Assembly (NCBI GenBank): GCA_951406725.2
Contig: OX597840.1
Span: forward strand, 38,750,001-38,814,000
Direction: 5' to 3'
DNA length: 64,000 bases
DNA from: Octopus vulgaris
Taxonomy: Eukaryota
Shown here: positions 1-9,490 of the stretch, one piece after another
Position numbering within the stretch: position 1 is the first letter of the stretch
Layout: every line of letters starts with the position of its first letter
Notes under the pieces: model-generated
The model's input: the letters and a program-made list of their open reading frames with translations, nothing else
Databases searched by the model: none
Told to the model about the DNA's origin: nothing
Program-made: the position numbers and the translations under genes

Positions 1-167
1 GAGAACTCCACTGTGTAAGGGCCGTTATTATTTCTGTTTTCATATGAAGCGAGGGTTAAACTGAACATAATCTATCCGAACATGAAAAATTGATCAAATA
101 TTGGGAGCGACGTTATCGATTATTCAAATATATATCTCTTTTCTTGCTTGCAATATTATTAATATTT

Positions 168-640
168 AAGGCGGCGATTTGGCTGAATTGTTACCACACC
201 GGAGAAAATGCTTAGTGATATTTCGTCTTCACATTCTGAGTTCAAATTCTGCCGAGGTCGAATATACTTTTCATATTTTATCGACTGCCTTTCATCTTTT
301 CTCGGTCGATAAAATAAGTACCAATTCAATAGCGGTGTTGATATCATTGATCTACCCCATTCACCGAATTTGCTGCTCTCATGATGCCAAATTCTGAAAA
401 CAATCTACAAAGTTTCTGCATGGTGGCGAGCTAGTAGAATCGTTACCACGCCAAAGAATGATGCCTAGCATCATTTCTTCCAACTTTATATTCTGAGCTC
501 AAAAGTTTATCGGGGTAGATTTTGCCTTTCATCATCACAGGTGTCTATAAAATTATGTACCAATTGAACATAAATCAATCGATCTATCTCTTTCACTATC
601 TTTGCTGTCCTTGTACCGAAAATTTGAAATCAATATATCA
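168..640 (+). mobile_element. Two degenerate type-A tRNA-derived SINE copies
   Basis: GGCGGCGA..TGGC head, TTCTGAGTTCAAATT B box and GCCTTTCATC...GATAAAATAAGTACCA core. Confidence 0.75.
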
Positions 641-779
641 AGTTACCGGTTTCAGTCTTTCAACTGTGTTCATGATGGCCTAAAACTGGCGGGGAATTTC
701 CTCCAGTGTATAGGCCCAAGTTCGCAGCCTGATATTTAGTGCATCGTTCCACTTATTTAATGATTAAGTACTACTCCAG

Positions 780-865
780 TTTCTGCGGTGGCAACACAAC
801 AGATACCTTTTTCTCAAAGCATTTCTGCGGTGGCAACACAACAGATACCTTTTTCTCAAAGCATT
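780..865. repeat. Perfect 42-bp tandem duplication
   Basis: TTTCTGCGGTGGCAACACAACAGATACCTTTTTCTCAAAGCA x2. Confidence 0.95.
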
Positions 866-1102
866 CTTAATTGCGCATAACATAGTCATGCAATTAGATA
901 ACCATTAGATAAACACATTCTTACACACACAGAGATAACGTGAAATCACGATCAAAAGTTCTCCAGAATTAGCCAAGTCACTGGTGTCACTGCCATTACA
1001 TATCTAGGAGTACATTATCCAATGTCTCCTTGTGATTTTTAAAACGGTAGGACAACGTTTGAAAGAGCTAACATATCTAGCAAGATTATTAATTCTGCAG
1101 TG

Positions 1103-1672
1103 ATGGCGAGCAGGTGAAATGCGTAGCCGTATTTTCTCTGCTGCTACGTCCTGAGTTCAAATTCCGCCAAGGTCGACTTTGCCTTTCATCCTTTCGGAGT
1201 CGATAAATTAAGTACCAGTTACGCACTGGCGTCGATCTAATCGACTTAATCCGTTTGTCTGTCCTTGTTTGTCCCCTCTGTGTTTAGCCCCTTGTGGGTA
1301 GTAAAGAAATAGGTATTTCATCTGCCGTTACGTTCGGACTTCAAATTCCACCGAGGTCGACTTTGCCTTTCATCCATTCGGGGTCGATGTAATCGACTTA
1401 AACCCTTTGTATGTCCTTGTTTGTCCCCTCTATATTTAGCCCCTTGTGGGCAACAAAGAAATAAGAAATGTTAGCAAGGCAGGCGAAATGCTTAGCGGGA
1501 TTTTGTCTGTCTTAACGCTCTAAGTTCAAATTCCGCCGAGGTCGACTTTGCCTTTAATCCTTTCGGAGTCGATAAATTAAGTACCAGTTACGCACTGGGG
1601 TCGATATAATCGACTTAATCCCTTTGTCTGTCCTAGTTTGTCCCCTCTATGTTTGACCCCTTGTTGGTAATA
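1103..1672 (+). mobile_element. Trimeric type-A SINE array
   Basis: Three repeats of GAGTTCAAATTCCGCCGAGGTCGACTTTGCCTTTCATCC...TTTAGCCCCTTGTGGG. Confidence 0.9.
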
Positions 1673-2251
1673 CAGGAAAAAGAAAAAGAAAAAAAGGCTA
1701 TTGATACTGCAGTTGCCCTCTCGTTGGCTGGCGTCGGTTTTAGTAAGAGATCCAAGATTCTTAAAAACGCCAATGTTCTTATGGGCATAGTGTTCCATCT
1801 GGCCACTCTTTTGGTAAAATACGCAGATATTTATGAGGAAGCTGTGTAGTTCAAATAAACTTCAGATAAGAGCGGATAAAATATTGCATGTGCTTCTTTC
1901 TTCATAACGCATATCCTTAGTTTAGCTGCAATAGTATAACAGTAAACAAACAAGTTTTGCTGGATTCGCTGAAAAGCCTCGGTGCCACGTTCATCTGTTC
2001 GGAAAGCATTATATTCTATTATATTGCAATGTTTAACAAAAGATCTGAAATTGTGAATTCTGGCAAATTCTACCAGAAACGTTTAACAAGCAATTACCAA
2101 CTAGCAACTGGCTAGCAGATATTATTTCATACATAATACATTTATTATACCCTGCAAAATAAAACCATATTTCGAAAACACTTATATAATCAATAACACT
2201 AATATTTAGGTGATACGATTAGTTGTGGCTGTGTGGTAAGTAGCTTCTTAC

Positions 2252-4451
2252 CAGACAGATGTGCTGTTTTTTGCTCCTGCAAATGTCACGTGTTTGAACG
2301 TGAAATGTTGAACTTTTGACTCGGTGACAGGTAAGACGTTCTGTATTTTTAGAAGCATAGTGAAGTTTATTGCTTGCTTAATGTTATTTAGCAGTTAACG
2401 TTATCTAGCATTAATATTTTTTTGCGGGTAATAGACTTCACTTTACTTCAGATATATTTCTCTGCCTGTTGTCGTGTCTAAGGTCTCACTCTTTAGTGAG
2501 AATTGTGCTTTTTGAGGAGGCGTAGCCCCTCCGCAAAAATTAATTTGTTTGCTTGTGTTTTACTACTTCGCAAGAAAATTATAAAAATAAGCCACTATTG
2601 GATTACCTTTCGGACCCATTTTTGTGGCGGTTGTGTTGCAGTTGCGGCGTTCCAGGTTCAACCCAGGCCGGGAGTACCGCAAGGCCAGAATATTTTTGCT
2701 GTGTTTTTTCTGTTTATTAACTTTCTTTTGAACTTCATTTACCCCCCCCCTTTTGTTTTTTTTCTTTATTGCGACTTTCCGTTAATTTCTTCCCTTCTGT
2801 TGTACTTTCTCCTTTTTGTTTTTTCAAAAATCTATCAAATTTTATTTAGACTTTTGAACTTTTTTCTTCCTGCTTTTGAGTTTAATTTGAATATATTTTT
2901 AAAAAAACATGGCAATGAAAAATAACAAAATTTTGGAGTGGGAAATCATACCACCCAAAAAGTGGTTAAAAGACCGTGAAGATAGGACGGTGGTGTTGAG
3001 AACCTACTCCAAGGCACATGACACCATCGCCCTATTCGAAAAGACGGCAATTGAGGAGGAGTTGGAAGAGTATTTGCCAACAATTAAATTCATTTCCAGG
3101 GGTGTCAAATATGCAACGGTGTGGTTGCTATTTGACACCCCTGAAGAGGCTTGCATATTTGCTAGCAAACCCTTGGAGGGTAAGGAAATCTTATTCCTGC
3201 CCACGTACAAAAAAAAGAAATTGATGAAAGCTTGGATCTGCGGACTGCCACCCGACATAGAACCCGAGTGGATAGAGGAGACTATCCGCCGGGGTCTGGG
3301 TGACAGCGAAACTAAGCTCCTCAATGTAAAAGTTCTTCCTGCGGCTGCTTGGGTTGGGTCGAAAGCAATTTTGACTCTGTGGACACAATCAGCCATTCTG
3401 GTTCTTCCAGATTTTTTGAAAATGGCCGGGTGCAGGTACCCGGTGATGCTTGAGGGTCGCCCCCCTAAGTGTCATCGGTGCTTGGAGTCCGGCCACATAA
3501 AGAAGAACTGTCCTCGGGAACAAAATAGGATCCCGGAACAGTTAAGTAAAACCCCTCTAGAAGAGGGAACGATAACGGCCGAGAAAGCAGAGGACTCCTC
3601 AAACAGAGGCCGAAAGAGGAAGGTGAGCAACAATGGGTGCTCACCAAAGGATAATAGGGATGAGGAGAGGAAGGCGAATCTTCCAGCCACGGAGGAGACG
3701 CACCCTCCCTCAGTTGAAAAGGGAAAAAAAAAGAAAAAGAGGAAGAAAAACGGGACATTACCGGCTGTCAGTGTAGCACCGGAATGTCGCGGAACTACGT
3801 CGGTTGGGGTTGTGCCACTGACAAGAGAAGGAATACCGTTGGCGGAAACTGTGCCGCCAACGAAAGAACTAAATGTGTTGGTCCTCTTCTATAGAGGAGG
3901 AGAAATTGAAAAAGTGATGGAAGAGCACTACAAGGGAGCACCTTTAGCCTTCACACAGGACCCCGAATGGCCTCCGCAGGTAGCTGTGGAGGCCGTGGCG
4001 TTCGACGTGACGCTAGGGCTAAAGGAGCTCAACGAAGATTATAACTTGGTCCCGGGCGACGCGAACTCGGAACTTGACTACGTTCTGAGGGAGGCGTGGT
4101 TGATGGTGGAGGGCGCGGGCACAAGCTATTTCGAGGACGATATGTATTATTAGTAATGGACTTAAGTCCCAAAATTGAAAAATTGTTAGAGGATTAATAC
4201 CTCGTTTTGTATTAATAATGGACTGCTAAGCCCAAAAATTGGGAAAAATTGTAAGAGGTTTTATACCTCGTTTTGTGTTTATCTTTTTAAAAAGAACAAT
4301 GTTTTAGAGAAGCAAAAGTCGGCGGGCGCTTTCTGTCTTCTCCCATCCTTATCATCTTTCTTTCATTATCATTCACTTCATTAATGTCCTCGTCCAGCCC
4401 GCAAAGCTAACTTAATCTGTGTACTGCCTTTATGGCAAATGTTTTGAAATA
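2252..4451 (+). mobile_element. ORF1-only (HAL1-like) non-autonomous non-LTR element, copy 1, inserted into the head of a type-B SINE
   Basis: Preceded by the SINE head GTGGCTGTGTGGT-AAGTAGCTTCTTAC (TSD 2238-2251). Followed by AAGTAGCTTGCTAAC (4452-4466) and the rest of the SINE. Highly similar to 50599-52785 from 2564 onward. One long ORF, no RT, ends ...GTTTTGAAATA. Confidence 0.9.
2909..4153 (+). CDS. 414-aa ORF1/Gag-like nucleic-acid-binding protein (putative RRM-like N-terminus, CCHC zinc knuckle, basic low-complexity linker, C-terminal WPPQVA domain)
   Basis: Intact ORF with C-x2-C-x4-H-x4-C motif CHRCLESGHIKKNC preceded by LPDFLKMAG..YPVMLEGRPPK, an arrangement typical of L1/Tx1-clade ORF1. 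Contains a KKKKKRKK basic stretch. Duplicated at 51292-52532. Confidence 0.85.
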   Translation: MAMKNNKILEWEIIPPKKWLKDREDRTVVLRTYSKAHDTIALFEKTAIEEELEEYLPTIKFISRGVKYATVWLLFDTPEEACIFASKPLEGKEILFLPTYKKKKLMKAWICGLPPDIEPEWIEETIRRGLGDSETKLLNVKVLPAAAWVGSKAILTLWTQSAILVLPDFLKMAGCRYPVMLEGRPPKCHRCLESGHIKKNCPREQNRIPEQLSKTPLEEGTITAEKAEDSSNRGRKRKVSNNGCSPKDNRDEERKANLPATEETHPPSVEKGKKKKKRKKNGTLPAVSVAPECRGTTSVGVVPLTREGIPLAETVPPTKELNVLVLFYRGGEIEKVMEEHYKGAPLAFTQDPEWPPQVAVEAVAFDVTLGLKELNEDYNLVPGDANSELDYVLREAWLMVEGAGTSYFEDDMYY

Positions 4452-4827
4452 AAGTAGCTTGCTAACCAACCACATGGTTCTGGGTTCAGTCCCACTGCGT
4501 GGCATCTTGTGCAAGTTGTCTTCTGCTATAGCTCCGGGCTGACCAATTCCTTGTGAGTGGATTTGGTAGACAGAAACTGAAAGAAGCCTGTCGTATATAT
4601 GTATATATGTGTATATATGTGTGTGTTTGTCCCCCCCCCCAATATCGCTTGTCAACCGATGCTGGTGTGTTTACGTCCCCGTTACTTAGCGGTTCGGCAA
4701 AGAGACCGATAGAATATGTACTAGGCTTACAAAGAATAAGTCCCGGGGTCGATTTGCTCGACTTAAGGCGGTGCTCCAGCATGGCCGCAGTCAAATGACT
4801 GAAACGAGGAAAAGAGTAAAAGAGTAA
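4452..4827 (+). mobile_element. Type-B SINE body (head at ~2221-2251, separated by the 2.2-kb insertion)
   Basis: Matches the intact copies at 44143-44597 and 45263-45662. Ends in an (AAAAGAGT)n tail. Confidence 0.9.
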
Positions 4828-5330
4828 AGGCGGTAAGCTGGCAGAAACGTTAGCACGACGGACGAACTGCTTACTGGTATTTCATCTATTTTTGTGTTCA
4901 GAGTTCAAATTCCAGCGAGGTCGACATTACCTTTTTTACTTTCTGATTCGATAAATTGCGTAGGTGGGGGTAGATCTAATTGAATGCCCCACCTCGCGCA
5001 GAAAAACTGAAAGAAGCCCGTTGTATTTACATTTGTGTGTGTGACTGTGTGTGTGTTCCCCCAACACTTGACAACCGATGTTGGTGTGTTTACGTTCCCG
5101 TAACTTAGAATATGTACTGGGCTTACAAAGAAAGTCCTGGGGTCGATTTGTTCGACAAAATGCGATGCTCCAACATGGCCACAGTCAAATGGCTGCAACA
5201 AGCAAAGGTTTCCGTTTACCAAATCCACTGACCAGCCTTTGGTCGGCGCGAGTCTATTGTAGAAGACGCTTGCCCAAGTTGGGACTGAACCCGGGAATAT
5301 GTGGTTGGGAAGCAAGATCTTACCATTCAG
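4828..5330. mobile_element. Cluster of SINE fragments (type A +, type B +, type B -)
   Basis: Recognisable SINE blocks at ~4828-4990, 5005-5200 and 5210-5325. Confidence 0.75.
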
Positions 5331-5425
5331 CTGTACATATTATTTAGAACTGTTTGATTTGGTTCCATGCTAATTAATATGTCAAGAAGAAGCCTGTCTC
5401 TTTCAGGCTACATATATATATATAT

Positions 5426-5648
5426 TTATTGCCCACAAGGGGCTAAACATAAAGGGGACAAACAAAGATAGACAAAGAGATTAAGTCGATTACATGGACC
5501 CCAGTGCGTAACTGGTACTTTATTTATCGACCCCGAAAGGATGGAAGGCAAAGTCGACCTCGGCGAAATTTGAACTCAGAACGTAACGGCAGACGAAATA
5601 CGGCTACGCATTTCGCCCGTCGCGCTAACGATTCTGCCAGCTCGCCGC
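5426..5648 (-). mobile_element. Type-A SINE monomer
   Basis: Reverse complement of 31001-31230. Confidence 0.9.
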
Positions 5649-5899
5649 GTTTCAAGCTACAGATCGCCGAATGGAGAGATACATGTTGTTCACAGTGGCT
5701 ACCATAAGATAAACTCCTATTGGTGAAGGAGGATCATGTGATGGTATCAGCGAATATCAGGTCTTTAGCGACAACAGTTCCTTTCTAAAGACTCTATTGC
5801 TGCTTCCTGTTCAGCCACGCGGTCAAAAAACAAAATCTTCTAAATGAACTGGTGTCGCTACGCATCTGATATTCTTTGGTAACACCATGTGACCCGTCA

Positions 5900-6510
5900 T
5901 TATTTCTTTAAATTAGCTATAAAGGCTTTACATAGATGGAAGCAAATGCGGGATGGACAACAACACAAATGAAATCAATGATGAGTAAATTAATGATGCT
6001 GATGAGGGAAACAGACGGCGCACGCCGATCGCTGCTTCCCGAAAACACTGTTCTTTTTTTCTCTTTTATAAAAACAAATTGAGGTTATAAACTACTTATT
6101 ACATAGTTCAATGGGACACAAAGTCCTTGCAAATGAGACACTAAGCCTCTTACATTTTTCCATGCTGGGCCCTATGCTCCTACAATACGAGGAAGTAAGC
6201 CTCTTGCTTTTTCCGCCCTGGCCGCACCAGACCAGGCTCAACGCGTCATTCAAGTATTTTTATTGTGCCCTGTCGGGGTGCTTCAACTGGGGGCGGAATG
6301 CGTCTTCGGGAACGGAGTTCATTTCCTTGAGCATATCCGTCCCTGACACGACCTTCGCAGCCACCTGCGGAGGCCATGCAGGGTCATCAATACAGGCTAG
6401 AAACCCTCCCCTCCGATCCTCTAGGGTAAACCTTTTCATAAATTCTTGAATTACCCCTCCCTCGTGGGAGAAGATTACAAATTCCTGCTTCACCCAGAGA
6501 GAGGCATAGT
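5900..6510 (-). mobile_element. Diverged, 5'-truncated relative of the ORF1-only element (ORF1 C-terminus plus 3' UTR)
   Basis: ORF 6260-6565(-) reads VIFSHEGGVIQEFM..LACIDDPAWPPQVAAKVV..MLKEMN, versus VLFYRGGEIEKVM..LAFTQDPEWPPQVAVEAV..GLKELN. Its downstream sequence aligns with the 3' UTR of copies 1 and 2 (AAAGAACA.TGTTTT, TCGGCG.GCGC, GTCCA.CCCGCA, GCCTTTAT.GC.AAT, GAAATAA). Confidence 0.8.
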
Positions 6511-6512
6511 TT

Positions 6513-7359
6513 GTGTCACGCATGTGCGAGCCCACAGAGTTAAAGAGACACTTACAATATTTCATTCACCGCATGCAGTTCTCAGGTTACAGCCATAAAG
6601 AAAGGATCAGAGTATACAAAGGAGCCATGAAGAAATTTGATACTATCTTATGTAATGATAGGAATGGGATTTGCCCACTCTATAGGAGCAAGTCATGGAA
6701 CACTATGGAAAGACAAAGAAAAAAATAGGGAAGGCCAACTCCTGGTATGATAGCCGTAAATACCAGAGTGTCATGTTCGTTGCCACCACCCCGGGAGGTG
6801 AACTGACGTACCGCTTTAGATGGACCCTAGACAAACTTAAGCTAAGAATTAATGTTGTTGAAAAGCCAGGCAACCCTATCAAATCTATAATTGGTAGAAC
6901 CTATCCTTTTAGTAGAACCCCCTGTACGGATAAGTACTGTACTGTTTGTAGATTTAACCCACAAACAAACTGTAAAGCCAGAAATGTAGTCTATAGTATA
7001 AGATGTATAGAGGGACGATGCAGTAACAAGACAACGGCATACGTAGGGGAAACGGCAAGAAGCATAGGAGGGCGGGTAAATGTGCATTGGAGACAACTCA
7101 AGGAAGGTAAAAGCTAATCGATTCTGTACCAACATGCCGAACAGGAACACGGGGGATCAATCAATAACATAGAAATTAAAATATTATCCACACATAGATC
7201 AGATGCAACAATTAGATAAATTACAGAAGCTACACACATAATAGAAAATAAACCTAGCCTGAATAGAAAACTAGAATGGAGCACTAACACAAACCACAAC
7301 ATATGACAATAGAGGATCCTGAAAACATAATAAATACTCAGATAAATAATAGAAATAAA

Positions 7360-7413
<54 letters not shown>

Positions 7414-7890
7414 AATATATTTTTTTTCGATTCGATTTATTATTATTATTATTACTAGTATTGTTGTTATACATACATACATACAAGCATATGTAATGAT
7501 AATAATAAGTGGATGTAAACACATGAACAAAATAAGAATAAACAAAAACAAAATACAAATTACATGAACATATATAAACAGAAGATACAAATATTATAGG
7601 CATCCCCACCCACACTAAATAAACATAAACGCACATAGAGATATAAGCATGTGCAAATGAAGACATACAATAGGAATACAAAATGGCTAACGGTTAGTAA
7701 GGAGAGACACAAATAAGAAAGAAGAAAACAAAGAACCACTGATGCGGTCACAGGAGTGTGACGAAAGAACTCTGGCCAAAATAAGATTAAGTTTAATGTA
7801 AAAAATAAATAACACTGAAGCAGAATAACAGCCCAAATATATAGTGCGTGTGTTTTTGGTTAAACTGGCAAAATGACCATTCCGAAATAT

Positions 7891-7895
<5 letters not shown>
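6513..7895 (+). mobile_element. Penelope-like retroelement, 5'-truncated and decayed: RT C-terminus, linker, GIY-YIG endonuclease, 3' UTR
   Basis: The translation includes LQYFIHRMQFSGYS, SVMFVATTPGGEL, a Cys-rich linker (C..KYCTVC..NCKARNVVY) and VVYSIRC...AYVGETARSIGGRVNVH (GIY-YIG). Frameshift near 6725 and stop at 7115-7117. Hammerhead-like motif at 7736. Ends in (TA)n. Confidence 0.85.
7736..7775 (+). ncRNA. Minimal type-I hammerhead-like motif (variant core CUGAUGC)
   Basis: CCA-CTGATGC-G-GTCAC(aggagt)GTGAC-GAAA-gaac-TC-TGG. Stems I and II pair, and the motif lies in the 3' region of a Penelope-like element. Confidence 0.6.
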
Positions 7896-7964
<69 letters not shown>

Positions 7965-8331
7965 GAAGTTGTCTGTGTATGGCAGGTTTCGTAGCCTTCA
8001 ACTAACACTATCTCCTCCGAAACCCTGCCGCGCAAGTTGACCAAAATTGAGAGTATGATAGAAGTCTTGCTCTTCCTTCCGTAGAAGATAAAATGTAAAT
8101 CGGACCATGTTAACACCAAAACTTATTCACATAAAAAAGGTGCTTTTCTATGAAAATCCCTATTTTTTACGATTTTTTGACTAGTGTGTCACCATTTTTC
8201 GGTGTATTTCACTCAGAAAAAATGTCTCCTTAAAGAGAATAACAAGCTATATAATACAAAAGTTTTACTTTTCAAAAATTCCAATTCTAAAGGGTTAAAA
8301 CAAACCCGAGCAATGCCGGGCGTTATTGCTA

Positions 8332-8403
<72 letters not shown>

Positions 8404-9214
8404 GTGTATGTTTACCTTGTTAACAATTAACACGGAAAAAATAAATAAGTAATTAAATATAGTTTGCATTGTTTATACCATTTATTCTTTTGAATAGTAT
8501 CAGTGGAATTTTCGAAACATGTGTCGAAAGTAAAAATATTTGATTTACATATATATATATATGTATGTATATATATATATATGTATGTATATATGTATGT
8601 ATGTATGTATGAATGTATGTATGTATCTAAGTATAAATTTGTGTATTTGTGTGAGTATTAGTTGTTATCTTTGTCTACATCTAAGTAATCTAACAGTTCG
8701 TCAAAGAGGCTGCTTGTTCCACAACAATTACCAGACTTTAAAGAATAACGAATATAGTGAGGTCAATTTGTCCGACTCTCTCTCCACCGTTTTATCACAT
8801 CATGGCCATTCTCAAATGATTGGAATAAATATGAGATAAAAGATATTAAATGTTTACACAACTTAAAACTAAATAGATTGAAAATACGTTTTATTGCAAA
8901 TAACGAAGAATAGCTGAGTATGTGACTTGCTTTCCATCATTTTATTTCAGACCCAAATTAACTGTCGTTGCATTGTTCATCGATTATAGACGTATGTAGT
9001 TTCGATTGTGTTTATAAACTGCCCCAATGCTACCATTTACAAATCGTTAGAACACTCAGAATTTTAAAACATAAATCGCAGACCAAGATAAATCTTCAGC
9101 TCATAAAACGAAAAAAAAAAAAGAAACGTTTGGATTAAAGCATTTTTTATATGTAACTGATCTCCCGTATTAAATTTTATGTTAGAGATTATAAATTCTC
9201 TTCCAAACGTGACA

Positions 9215-9490
9215 CTCCGTCGGTTACGACGACCAGAGTTCCAGTTGATCGGATCAACCGAATAGCCTGCTCGTGAAATTAACGTGTATGTGGCTGAGAA
9301 CTCCACAGACACGTGTGCTCTTAAGGTGCTGCTCAGGAAGATTCAGCGTGACACAGATTGTGTGACAACGCTGGTCCCTTTGAAATACACTTGCAACATA
9401 AACAAGAAGAAAGAGTGAGAAAAAGATGTGGTGAAAAAGTACAGAAGGATTTGCCAACGCCCACTGCCAGATCCTCGTGGAGATTGAGGT
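9215..9490 (-). mobile_element. Type-C-related SINE fragment
   Basis: Reverse complement of the 41810-41985 body (TGTCACGCTGAATCTTCCTGAG...TTAATTTCACGAGCA). Confidence 0.75.

Noticed and set aside
2221-4827. Reading the two ORF1 loci as a host zinc-knuckle gene duplication or an LTR element
   Set aside because: The TSDs lie inside a SINE, the outer flanks are unrelated, and there are no LTRs, PBS or coding introns.
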